From: Rhodothermales bacterium
Lineage (GTDB): Bacteria > Bacteroidota > Rhodothermia > Rhodothermales > VXPQ01
Direction: 5' to 3'
Assembly: GCA_040904565.1 (NCBI GenBank)
Contig: JBBDTI010000060.1
Location: forward strand, 15,985 to 27,990
DNA: 12,006 nucleotides
This document shows positions 1 through 8,000 of the stretch, in pieces. The position numbers were made by a program, and so were the translations under genes. The notes beneath the pieces are model-generated. The model made no database searches and was not told the DNA's origin. It saw only the letters and a program-made list of their open reading frames with translations. Numbering within the stretch: position 1 is the first letter of the stretch; each line of letters starts with the position of its first letter.

Positions 1-95
1 CGCAGGATTTCAAGACGCGCCGGATGAGACAAGGCCTTCGCCTGATCGGCCAGCAGGCCTAAGTCGGCAGAGAACTGATCGGCTTTAGTCCGCAT
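1..95 (-). CDS. ArsR/SmtB family transcriptional regulator, N-terminal part (runs off the left edge)
   Basis: Manual translation of the minus strand from ATG at 95 gives MRTKADQFSADLGLLADQAKALSHPARLEILR. KALSHPARLEIL matches the hallmark ArsR helix-1 motif (kaL.hp.Rl.Il). It is preceded by a promoter and palindrome. Not in the ORF track because it is truncated. Confidence 0.88.
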   Translation of the reverse strand, partial: MRTKADQFSADLGLLADQAKALSHPARLEIL

Positions 96-114
96 AAGAA
101 TGGTTGCTCGATGA

Positions 115-136
115 TTTATCGTAGTCATTCGATAAA
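115..136. promoter_or_regulatory. Palindromic operator, probable ArsR autoregulatory site
   Basis: TTTATCG (115-121) - 8 nt - CGATAAA (130-136) is a perfect 7-bp inverted repeat about 20 nt upstream of the ArsR ATG, overlapping the putative -10. Confidence 0.75.
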
Positions 137-145
137 CAAAGTCAA
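118..145 (-). promoter_or_regulatory. Sigma70-type promoter for the ArsR gene
   Basis: Minus strand TTGACT (145-140), 16 nt spacer, TACGAT (123-118), in an AT-rich patch. Confidence 0.65.
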
Positions 146-179
146 CGAAAGTTCCTTCCGGGCGGCGCCTTGCAATGTG

Positions 180-734
180 TCAGCACGCATCGGCTTCCAG
201 TCCCGGCAGCCCGTCCACGCTGCGGCGGTTGTGCTCCCGCCGGTAGTCCGCCAGCCCCTCCTTTCCTTTCGACTCGGCCCAGCGCGTGAGCGTATCCCGT
301 TCGCCGGCGTATTCGTAACGCGGCACCCCGAAACCGCACGAGTCACTGATGCGGTTAAGTCTGCAGCGTATGACGGATCGCGTGCCTGGATAATCGGGGA
401 AGTGCTCGATCAGCTCCTCGAAATCGGGATGGCCTTCCGCAACGACCTCTCCTTCGCCGTGCAGGCGTACGATCTTCGGCGGCCCGGAAAAGGTGCAAAA
501 CATGAACACCATCCGTCCATTTTCGCGGAGGTGGGCCGCCGTCTCGATCCCGCTTCCGGTCAGATCCAGATACGCGACCTCTCGCGGCCCCAGCACGCGG
601 AACGTATCCATCCCCTTCGGCGAGCAATTAATAAGTCCATCTGCCGCCAGCGGCGCGGTCGCCACGAAGAACATCTTTTGTTCGTTCAGCCAGTCGGACA
701 AATCCGGCGTGATTTCGTCGTAGACCTTACCCAT
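180..734 (-). CDS. Pyridoxamine 5'-phosphate oxidase family / FMN-binding split-barrel protein
   Basis: 184 aa. The motifs QKMFFVATAPL, INCSPKG, YLDLTGSGIETAAHLRENGR, FSGPPKIVRLHG and SCGFGVP are typical of this family. Confidence 0.88.
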   Translation of the reverse strand: MGKVYDEITPDLSDWLNEQKMFFVATAPLAADGLINCSPKGMDTFRVLGPREVAYLDLTGSGIETAAHLRENGRMVFMFCTFSGPPKIVRLHGEGEVVAEGHPDFEELIEHFPDYPGTRSVIRCRLNRISDSCGFGVPRYEYAGERDTLTRWAESKGKEGLADYRREHNRRSVDGLPGLEADAC

Positions 735-824
735 CGATGCGTGGCTGCTGGATCATATTGTCTGGTTGGATGCTGGACTTGAGTATACGACAGCGCGGGC
801 TTTCATCCTGCCGATGCCGCGGGG

Positions 825-3233
825 TCAATGCATGGGCCGGGGACTGATCCAGGCGACCGTTCCACGTGTCTCGCCGACTCGATCCGGGCCTCGCCGGCTC
901 GGACCGGTCATGTAGGCTGCCGTAGCTTCCGTTTCATTCACGAAATCGAACCAGTCGACGCGCATGAGCACTGCACCCGCCCCCTCGGGGGGCTCCGTCT
1001 CGTCGCCCGCGGCACGAAAAACGAGATAGAGCGTGTGCACGCCGCCAGGATCGTCGATGTCGATGCGCACGTCCGCCCACCCCTCGGTCGACGGCGGCTC
1101 GGAACCCTCCGGCACGACGGGCGGATCGAAGGCCGGCGATCGCGACGCCGTGCTCGAATCCACGTCGGCACTCCCCAGGAGCGGGCCGTCGACGGCGTCG
1201 AGTCGGACCTCGACGCGGCCGCCGAGTTCGGGCAGTACGCGAAGCTCGAGCGCACGGATGCCCTTGAGGTTGACGGGAGCATACGCCAGATAGGCGCCGT
1301 CCTCGACATCCATCACCGCCTGTGCGAACGGCACGTCGCGCACCGGTCCGATCGTAGCCCGCTCGGCGAGGCGATAATCCGACACGTGCTCGGCCTCCTT
1401 CCGTCGGGGCTGCAGGATCACGCGGTTCACGCCGGGCACGCTAAATTCGTCGGGACCGTCCGTCCGCGCATCGAGCACCGCCACCTGGTTGCGTTTGATC
1501 GTGTAGCCGACGTAGACGGGCCATGTCGGAACGGCGACGTTGCCCGCCGATGACGCCGGCGTGTCGAGATAGTGAACGTGGGAATCACACAAGAGCATCG
1601 ATTCGAGGTGCGCGGAGGCATCCGACAGGACGTAGTCGATCGGCTCGTCCCAGTCGAAGACCGTGCCGTTTTCCGGCGTAACGAACGACACGCCCGGTGC
1701 TGCGAGAGGCGCTCCACCGGTTGCCTCCGAAGGCCGGCTTTCTCCACGCATAGAAGCGGGTCTCGAATCCTCCGAATAATCGACCCGCAGGATCCGGGCG
1801 TCCATGTTGAACCCGAAATATTTCCGCCCCCAGTCGATGACGTACACGCGCCCATCGCTCGCCACCTCCAGATCCATGATCCGCAGGTCGTCCAGTTCCT
1901 CCATAAACGGCTGTACGTCGCTGACGCGCCCATCGTCGTCGACCGCCACGGACCTGGCCCAGTAGCGCATCCAGTCGGCAAACAGAAGCCGTCCGTCGAA
2001 CGCTTCCGGGAGTCCGGCGGGATGCACGGTCGCCGGATCGTACCGGTAGATGGGGCCGGGTATAACGGTCTGCGGGCCGTTGCCGAAGCTTGGGAACAGT
2101 TCGGTAGAATCGCGGGGGTAGTAGATCGCGGCCGGCCGTGCCGGCGGCAGCTCCCGGAGACCGGTGTTGTTCGGCGAATCGTTGATCGGCGCTGCCGCAT
2201 TGAAGAAGCCCTTCAGTTCGCCGTTTTCAAAGTCGCGGTCGCGGAAGGGCCGGTTGTCCGCGGCAAAATATGGCCAGCCGTAAAAACCGGCTTCACGCAC
2301 AATATTGATCTCGTCAACTCCGAGCGGACCCCGCGTCGAGTCCGCCTCAAGGGCTCCGTGGCCTATTTCGCCCCAGACGAGCATCCCCGTCTTCGAATCC
2401 ACCGACAGGCGATATGCGTTGCGGGCACCCATCACGTAGATCTCCGGCCGCGTGTCGGGTGTTCCGGGCGAGAAGAGGTTGCCGTCCGGAATTTCGTAAG
2501 AGCCGTCGTCGGTCGGACGAATACGAATGACGCCGCCGCGCAGATCGTTCGTGTTGGCCGCCGTTCGCTGTCCGTCATTGAACGCATGGCCCGGCCTTTC
2601 GTCGAGCGGCGCGTAGAGTCCGGCCGTCGTCGGATCCGTGTTGTCGCCCGTGCCGACGTACAGGTTGCCGTCCGGGCCGAACGCCATCGAACCGCCCGCA
2701 TGGCAGCACACCTCCCGCTGCGTCGGCCATTCCAGCAGCACCGATTCGCTCCCCTCGACGACGCGCCGCCCCTCTACCGTCACGCGGGAGATGCGGTTGC
2801 GCGGTCCCCCCTCAAGCGGGGCGTAGTAGAGATAGATCCAACCGTTCTCGCTGAAACTCGGATCGAGCGCCATACCCATGAGTCCCTCATTCAGCATGGC
2901 GAAGGCGGGAAAGAATCCGGCCGTGTACGTCGTGTCCTCATCGGGATGCCACACCTTCAGCGCACCGCCGCGCTCGACGAAGAAGACACGCCCGTCATCG
3001 GCAATGTCGACCTCCATCGGATTCGTCGTCGTGCTGTCGAGCACGACCTCGTAGAAGGGTCCAGCTTCGGTGTCGTCGCCTGGCGTTCCGCATCCAACGA
3101 GTGCCAGCACGATCAGCAGGATCGCCCCTCCGATGCCGGCTCGCTCCCCAACGCCCGTACCACCGACCCGCCGTTCGGCGCTCCGGACACGTCGCGATCC
3201 GACTCGCTGTAATTTTTCTTTCGAATGATTCAT
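825..3233 (-). CDS. Lipoprotein: PQQ-dependent glucose/sorbosone dehydrogenase-family beta-propeller with a C-terminal CBM6-like carbohydrate-binding module
   Basis: Hydrophobic stretch and lipobox ILLIVLALVG-C. GSDH motifs EGLMGMALDPSF, CCHAGGSMAFGPDGNLYVGTGDN, DLRGGVIRI, PEIYVMGARNAYR and GFYGWPY. C-terminal CBM6-like EAEH, GGRVEVRLDAVDGPLLG, GVHTLYLVF and VDWFDF. The start is uncertain: ATG 3233 is preferred over the ORF-track start at 3293. Confidence 0.85.
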   Translation of the reverse strand: MNHSKEKLQRVGSRRVRSAERRVGGTGVGERAGIGGAILLIVLALVGCGTPGDDTEAGPFYEVVLDSTTTNPMEVDIADDGRVFFVERGGALKVWHPDEDTTYTAGFFPAFAMLNEGLMGMALDPSFSENGWIYLYYAPLEGGPRNRISRVTVEGRRVVEGSESVLLEWPTQREVCCHAGGSMAFGPDGNLYVGTGDNTDPTTAGLYAPLDERPGHAFNDGQRTAANTNDLRGGVIRIRPTDDGSYEIPDGNLFSPGTPDTRPEIYVMGARNAYRLSVDSKTGMLVWGEIGHGALEADSTRGPLGVDEINIVREAGFYGWPYFAADNRPFRDRDFENGELKGFFNAAAPINDSPNNTGLRELPPARPAAIYYPRDSTELFPSFGNGPQTVIPGPIYRYDPATVHPAGLPEAFDGRLLFADWMRYWARSVAVDDDGRVSDVQPFMEELDDLRIMDLEVASDGRVYVIDWGRKYFGFNMDARILRVDYSEDSRPASMRGESRPSEATGGAPLAAPGVSFVTPENGTVFDWDEPIDYVLSDASAHLESMLLCDSHVHYLDTPASSAGNVAVPTWPVYVGYTIKRNQVAVLDARTDGPDEFSVPGVNRVILQPRRKEAEHVSDYRLAERATIGPVRDVPFAQAVMDVEDGAYLAYAPVNLKGIRALELRVLPELGGRVEVRLDAVDGPLLGSADVDSSTASRSPAFDPPVVPEGSEPPSTEGWADVRIDIDDPGGVHTLYLVFRAAGDETEPPEGAGAVLMRVDWFDFVNETEATAAYMTGPSRRGPDRVGETRGTVAWISPRPMH

Positions 3234-3289
3234 CGACGGTACCTTGAGATCGGATGTAAATGATGCCCACCGCTGCGAGCCCCGCCGCC

Positions 3290-3332
3290 GCAAAATCCGC
3301 GGCGCAACACCAGGCGGGGCAACACCGGCGGG
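3290..3332. repeat. Short tandem repeat, period 14-15 bp (GCAACACC(A)GGCGGG x2 plus one degenerate copy)
   Basis: GCAAAATCCGCGGC (3290-3303), GCAACACCAGGCGGG (3304-3318), GCAACACCGGCGGG (3319-3332). Confidence 0.6.
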
Positions 3333-3430
3333 AGAATTCGTGATTTACGGGGCGACGCGTCCGGCAGCGAGCAATGTGGGGTGCAATATAGAGCGCCTTC
3401 CGTCCGCACGGCAAATCGACGCGAGATAAC

Positions 3431-3500
3431 GGCGGACGCGCGAAGGCCGTTCTTGCGCGACGGAGGCTTACGTCCTACCTTTCGGCCTTTACGCACCGCC
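3431..3500 (+). other. Long imperfect stem-loop in the leader upstream of the DUF1080 gene
   Basis: GGCGG (3431-35) pairs with CCGCC (3496-3500). AAGGCCG (3443-49) pairs with CGGCCTT (3483-89). An inner GACG (3459-62) pairs with CGTC (3471-74). Confidence 0.5.
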
Positions 3501-3556
3501 ATCAACCCGTCCGGCAACCAGCCCACTAACCCCCTCCCCAAAAGAGGACTCCCATC

Positions 3557-4444
3557 ATGCCCGCCCTACTCCGCGGCATCGGTGCTGTACTGCTTCTTTC
3601 GACCCTGCTCTATGGGTGCATGTCATCGACCTCACCGGACGAGGAAGGCGAATGGACGCCGCTGTTCAACGGGACGGATCTTACGGGATGGGACACCTAC
3701 ATCGGTCCGGCCGTCGACGCCGCGGGCGAGAAAATTCAGGGTACAACGCTCGGGCTTAATAACGATCCGATCGACCTGTTCTCGGTGGTGGAGGAAGATG
3801 GTGAGCCGGCCATACGCATTTCCGGAGTGCGGGGCGCCGGCATCTCCACGGTCGACGAATACGGCGATTATCATCTCCGCCTGCGGTACAAATGGGGAGA
3901 CGAGCGGCCGTGGTCGTGGATGAGAAGAATGGACAGCGGCCTGCTCTACCACGCCTGGGGCGAGCACGGGGCCGACAACGATTACTGGCTACGCTCGCAC
4001 GAGATGCAGATCATGCAGGAAACCACGGGCGATTATATCGCGATCGAAGGCGCCACGTCGGACGTACGCGGCAGGATGGTAGACGGTCGTTACGTGTACG
4101 ACGCGAATGGCGAGCTGCATACCATCAGCCGCCAGGGCTTCGATCCGTCCGGCGTGTCCGGCGCCGCCCGCATCACGCAGAGCGCCGATTTCCCCGAGCC
4201 GGGTCGTTGGAATACGATCGAGCTCTATGCCGTCGGCCGCACGTCCATCCACGTCGTGAACGGAACCGTGAACATGGCACTCTTCAATTCGAGAAAATAC
4301 GTGGACGGCCAGGAAAGCCCGCTCGACCGGGGCAAAATTCAGTTCCAATCCGAAGGGGCGGAAATCTTCCTGCGGAACCTGGAGCTGCGTCGGATCGACG
4401 AAATTCCGCCTCACCTCCTCGAGGCAGTTCAGCCGACTCGGTAG
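3557..4444 (+). CDS. DUF1080 (3-keto-disaccharide hydrolase / 3-keto-glycal hydratase family) lipoprotein
   Basis: RBS-like AAAGAGGA at 3541-3548. Lipobox LLYG-C. Motifs WTPLFNGTDLTGW, EYGDYHLRLRYKWG, DSGLL, EMQI, GRWNTIEL and GKIQFQSEGAEIFLRNLELR. Confidence 0.92.
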   Translation: MPALLRGIGAVLLLSTLLYGCMSSTSPDEEGEWTPLFNGTDLTGWDTYIGPAVDAAGEKIQGTTLGLNNDPIDLFSVVEEDGEPAIRISGVRGAGISTVDEYGDYHLRLRYKWGDERPWSWMRRMDSGLLYHAWGEHGADNDYWLRSHEMQIMQETTGDYIAIEGATSDVRGRMVDGRYVYDANGELHTISRQGFDPSGVSGAARITQSADFPEPGRWNTIELYAVGRTSIHVVNGTVNMALFNSRKYVDGQESPLDRGKIQFQSEGAEIFLRNLELRRIDEIPPHLLEAVQPTR

Positions 4445-4530
4445 TCCATACCTGCGTAGTCCGTACCGGTGCAGGCCGTGCCGGCGCAGTCCACAGCGGC
4501 GCAGGCCGTACCTGAGCAGTCCGTACGGCG
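4441..4530. repeat. Degenerate tandem repeat, 6 x 15 bp (consensus about GYAGKCCGTACCKGC), between convergent genes
   Basis: Units: gtagtccatacctgc / gtagtccgtaccggt / gcaggccgtgccggc / gcagtccacagcggc / gcaggccgtacctga / gcagtccgtacggcg. Confidence 0.85.
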
Positions 4531-4534
4531 GTGC

Positions 4535-5398
4535 CTACTCGTACGGCGACGCCACGACTTCCTGGCGGCTTTCACCCAGGGCCTCGATTCCCAGCTCGAC
4601 GACGTCACCCTCCTTCAAGAATTGCGGCGGCTTGAATCCGAGTCCGACCCCTGCCGGCGTGCCCGTCGAAATGACGTCGCCCGGCAGCAGCGTCATGAAT
4701 CGGCTGATGTAGCTGACGACGACCGGTACGTTGAAAATCAACATGGAAGTGGATCCGTCCTGCTTCGTCTCGCCGTTCACCTTTAGCCACATTTTTAGCG
4801 CGTGCACGTCTTCAATCTCGTCACGGGTTACGAGCACTGGGCCAAGCGGCGAAAACGTGTCGCAGCTCTTGCCTTTCACCCACTGCCCGCCCCGCTCGAG
4901 CTGATAGTCACGCTCGGAGACGTCGTTCATGACGGCGAAGCCGGCGACGAACTCCATCGCCTCGCGCTCCTCCACGTATCGGGCCTCACGGCCCATCACG
5001 ACGGCGAGCTCGACCTCCCAGTCCGTCTTCTTCGACCCTCGAGGCAGTTCGATCGGGTCGAAGGGCCCGCTCAGCGAACTCGACGCTTTCATGAACAAGA
5101 CCGGCTCCTTCGGCGCGTCCAGTCCGGACTCCTCCGCGTGGTCCAGGTAATTCAGTCCGACGCAGACGATCTTGCTGGGGCGCGCGATGGGAGCCCCCAG
5201 GCGCTCGTCTGCGTCGACGCGCGGCGACCGCTCGGCGGCCCCATCGTCGAGCCATCGGTGCAATCGATCCAACCCCTCCCCTGCAAAGAACGCCTCGTCG
5301 TAGTCCAGCGTAACGGCCGAAGCATCAATGCGCGTACCGTCGTCCAGTAGTAATCCCGGCTTCTCGCGGCCGGCTTCTCCAAATCGAATGAGCTTCAT
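4535..5398 (-). CDS. Fumarylacetoacetate hydrolase family protein (2,4-diketo-3-deoxy-L-fuconate hydrolase-like)
   Basis: 287 aa. Motifs MKLIRFG..GREKPG, KIVCVGLNY.DHA.E, EPVLFMK, DWEVELAVVMG, NDVSERDYQ, WVKGKSCDTF.PLGP and TLLPGDVISTGTPAGVG. Confidence 0.93.
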   Translation of the reverse strand: MKLIRFGEAGREKPGLLLDDGTRIDASAVTLDYDEAFFAGEGLDRLHRWLDDGAAERSPRVDADERLGAPIARPSKIVCVGLNYLDHAEESGLDAPKEPVLFMKASSSLSGPFDPIELPRGSKKTDWEVELAVVMGREARYVEEREAMEFVAGFAVMNDVSERDYQLERGGQWVKGKSCDTFSPLGPVLVTRDEIEDVHALKMWLKVNGETKQDGSTSMLIFNVPVVVSYISRFMTLLPGDVISTGTPAGVGLGFKPPQFLKEGDVVELGIEALGESRQEVVASPYE

Positions 5399-5436
5399 GG
5401 GTTCTACCGTCTGACTGATGGTGCACGCTCAACAGG

Positions 5437-6222
5437 TCACGGACGCAGCGTTATGGTACCGCCGTCGATCGCAAAATTAGAGCCCGTGACGAAGCCGGCG
5501 GTATCCGAACACAGATATACCGCCAGCTCGGCGATCTCCTCGGGGGTACCCATGCGTCCGATGGGTTGCGTCTTGGATAGCTTCTCGAACATCTCCTCCT
5601 CCCGCCCCGGGTAGTTCTTCGCAATAAATCCGTCCACGAACGGCGTATGAATGCGGCCCGGCGAGATAGCGTTGCACCGGATGTTTTCGTCGAGATAGTC
5701 GCAGGCCACGGACAGCGTCATGGAATGAACGGCTCCTTTGCTCATCGAGTAGGCGAAGCGGTCAGGGATGCCGATCGTCGATACGGTCGAGGCCATGTTG
5801 ACGATGGCTCCGCCGCGACCCATCATGGCGCGAACCGCCGATCGCAGGCAATTGTAGACGCCTTTGACATTCACGTTATAGATGCGATCGAGATCTTCTT
5901 CGGTCGTCTGTTCGACCGTGCCGACGTGGGCAATCGCCGCATTGTTGAAAAGGATATCGACGGGTCCCAGATCATGTGACACCGAATCGAACGCCGCCTC
6001 CACGGCCGACTGATCCACGACGTCGCAATCGTAATACCTCGCCGACGGCCCCAGCTCCGATGCCAGCGCGCGTCCGCCTTCCCCGTCGATATCCAGCGCG
6101 GCGACGCGGGCCCCCTCAGCAGCGAAACGCACCGCGGTAGCCCGGCCGATGCCCGACGCCGCCCCGGTCACCACGGCAACCCGATCCCTGAGTCTTCCTG
6201 AGGCCATCTCTGTATGCACCAT
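5437..6222 (-). CDS. Classical SDR oxidoreductase (2-keto-3-deoxy-L-fuconate dehydrogenase-like, probably NAD-dependent)
   Basis: TGAASGIG Rossmann motif, acidic residue after beta-2 (ALDID), NNAA, catalytic YSMSK, IRCNAISPG and QPIGRMGTPEEIA. Alternative start at ATG 6207. The substrate is inferred from adjacency to the FAH gene. Confidence 0.9.
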   Translation of the reverse strand: MVHTEMASGRLRDRVAVVTGAASGIGRATAVRFAAEGARVAALDIDGEGGRALASELGPSARYYDCDVVDQSAVEAAFDSVSHDLGPVDILFNNAAIAHVGTVEQTTEEDLDRIYNVNVKGVYNCLRSAVRAMMGRGGAIVNMASTVSTIGIPDRFAYSMSKGAVHSMTLSVACDYLDENIRCNAISPGRIHTPFVDGFIAKNYPGREEEMFEKLSKTQPIGRMGTPEEIAELAVYLCSDTAGFVTGSNFAIDGGTITLRP

Positions 6223-6253
6223 ATGTTTTCGACGTGACTCGTTTGCCCTGATA

Positions 6254-6267
6254 CGTTAACGCTCACA
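6254..6267. promoter_or_regulatory. Putative LacI/GalR-family operator
   Basis: Minus strand TGTGAGCGTTAACG is a CG-centred pseudo-palindrome fitting TGWNANCGNTNWCA at all but the last position. It lies about 30 nt upstream of the SDR ATG. Confidence 0.5.
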
Positions 6268-6349
6268 CGGTTAGATATCCAGTTTCGGATTTCACCCGGC
6301 ACGATGGCGCCACGCTGACGAGAAGGAGCCCTCCCGGGTCTGCGGCCCA

Positions 6350-7852
6350 TCATCTAAATCGTTGAAGGAGCAGCGTGAGCAGGAATCCCGTAAGGAAGAT
6401 GGCCGTCGTCCCCAGCACGATCGTCAAATAAGAGTGCAGAGGGAGGGGAAACGGCATCCACTGCGGCAGCGACATCCACAAAATAACCAGCACGCCTACG
6501 ATCACGGCCATCACGGCTTCAGGCTTCTTGCTCCTTCGGCTGAAATAGCCGAGCAGAAACAGCCCGAGCATGCCGCCGCTGAAGATCGACGCCAGCTCCC
6601 ACCAGACGTCGAGCGCGCTCTCGACGCGGATCATGGCGAGCGCGATGCCGAGACCGACGATGCCCAGGCCCAGCGTGGAGCCATACAGCACGCGCATGCT
6701 CGCCTTCTCCCCGGCGTCCGGCCTAACGTATCGTCGGTAGATATCCTCCAGAATAATGGTCGCGGAGCTGTTCAAACTCGTCGACACGGTACTCATGGCC
6801 GCCGCGAAGATGGCCGCGACGAGCACGCCTGTAACGCCGGTCGGAAGCCCCGACACGATGAAGTGCGGAAAGATGCGATCACCGGCCGAGAGCGGCTGCA
6901 GCGACGCCGGCAGCAGATCGGGCTGGACCTGATAGTAAGCGAACAGGGCCGTTCCGATGAAAAAGAAGACGGCGGACACGGGAAGATAGAGGAGGCCGCC
7001 CAGCCACGCCGAGATCGTAGCCTGCCGGTCATCCCGAGCCGATATGAATCGCTGTATGTACCCCTGATCGATCCCGAAATTTTGCAGGTTGATGAAGAGG
7101 CCGTACACGAGCACGACCCAGAAGGTCGACTCGGTCAGACTCCCACCGAAGCTGCCGAGACTGAACTTGTCCGCGGCTGCCGCCACCTCGAAGACCTGCA
7201 TGGGTCCTTCCGGCATGCGAAGTGGAATGATGACGGCGCACACGACGGCCCCCACGGTAAGCACGATCCCCTGGATCGTATCCGTCCATATCACCGCCTC
7301 GATGCCGCCGAGCATCGTGTAGATGATGACGGACACCCCCGTTATTAAAATGATCGTGCGAATATCCCAGCCGAGCAGCGCTGAGAGCGGCAGGGCCATC
7401 AAGTACATCACCGAGCCGATCCGAGCGAGCTGCGTGAGCAGGTAGAACGTGCTGGCGTAGGTGCGGGCCCACGCTCCGAAGCGAGATTCCAGGTAGGAAT
7501 AGGCCGACACCTCTCCCCGACCCCTGTAGAGGGGAACGAAGAATCGAACGGCCGCCCACGTAGCCAGCGGAAGGGAAAGACTGAAGACGAAGGCGTTCCA
7601 GTTGGTTTGATAGGCGTTCCCCGGAATGGCGAGAAAGCTGATGCTGCTGACGTACGTCGCAAAGATCGACATGCCGCAGGCCCAGCCGGGCAGCGTGCGT
7701 CCGGCCGCCATGAACGATTCCGTGTTCCGGCTGCGGCGCACGAACCACGAGCCGAAGAGGACGGTCCCGCCGAGGTACAGCGCGAAAATCGCGAGATCGA
7801 AGCCGCTTAAGCTGTTCACGTCTGGGGGATGCTGGACCTGGTGCTGATTCAT
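6350..7852 (-). CDS. Sodium:solute symporter (SSS/SLC5 family; sugar or sugar-acid, SiaT/NIS-like)
   Basis: Many hydrophobic segments. Motifs [64 protein letters not shown] and [20 protein letters not shown] 7852 is preferred as start. Confidence 0.93.
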   Translation of the reverse strand: MNQHQVQHPPDVNSLSGFDLAIFALYLGGTVLFGSWFVRRSRNTESFMAAGRTLPGWACGMSIFATYVSSISFLAIPGNAYQTNWNAFVFSLSLPLATWAAVRFFVPLYRGRGEVSAYSYLESRFGAWARTYASTFYLLTQLARIGSVMYLMALPLSALLGWDIRTIILITGVSVIIYTMLGGIEAVIWTDTIQGIVLTVGAVVCAVIIPLRMPEGPMQVFEVAAAADKFSLGSFGGSLTESTFWVVLVYGLFINLQNFGIDQGYIQRFISARDDRQATISAWLGGLLYLPVSAVFFFIGTALFAYYQVQPDLLPASLQPLSAGDRIFPHFIVSGLPTGVTGVLVAAIFAAAMSTVSTSLNSSATIILEDIYRRYVRPDAGEKASMRVLYGSTLGLGIVGLGIALAMIRVESALDVWWELASIFSGGMLGLFLLGYFSRRSKKPEAVMAVIVGVLVILWMSLPQWMPFPLPLHSYLTIVLGTTAIFLTGFLLTLLLQRFR

Positions 7853-8000
7853 GCAGTGACGGCCGGCCAACCGGCTTCTCGCACGGGGCGCTCCGTCGCA
7901 CGCGAGCCCGCGGGGGGATTCGATCCGTCGGCGGACAGTCTACGTCACCTGCCGGCGTCGCACAAGCCCGATTCGCCACGCGGCACGGCGCCCGCACATA

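Noticed and set aside
42-83. Direct repeat CTGATCGGC x2
   Set aside because: It falls within the ArsR coding sequence (ADQ encoded twice) and is explained by the protein.
4442-4786. TAG-to-Gln recoding or readthrough extending DUF1080, and ORF 4469-4786
   Set aside because: The FAH, barrel, ric and sulfatase genes all end at TAG at family-appropriate positions, and readthrough would run about 250 nt antisense into the FAH gene.
7853-8000. Riboswitch or sRNA upstream of the symporter
   Set aside because: Only short GC-rich repeats (TCCGTCG, CGTCGCAC) and weak stems are present, with no recognisable aptamer motif.
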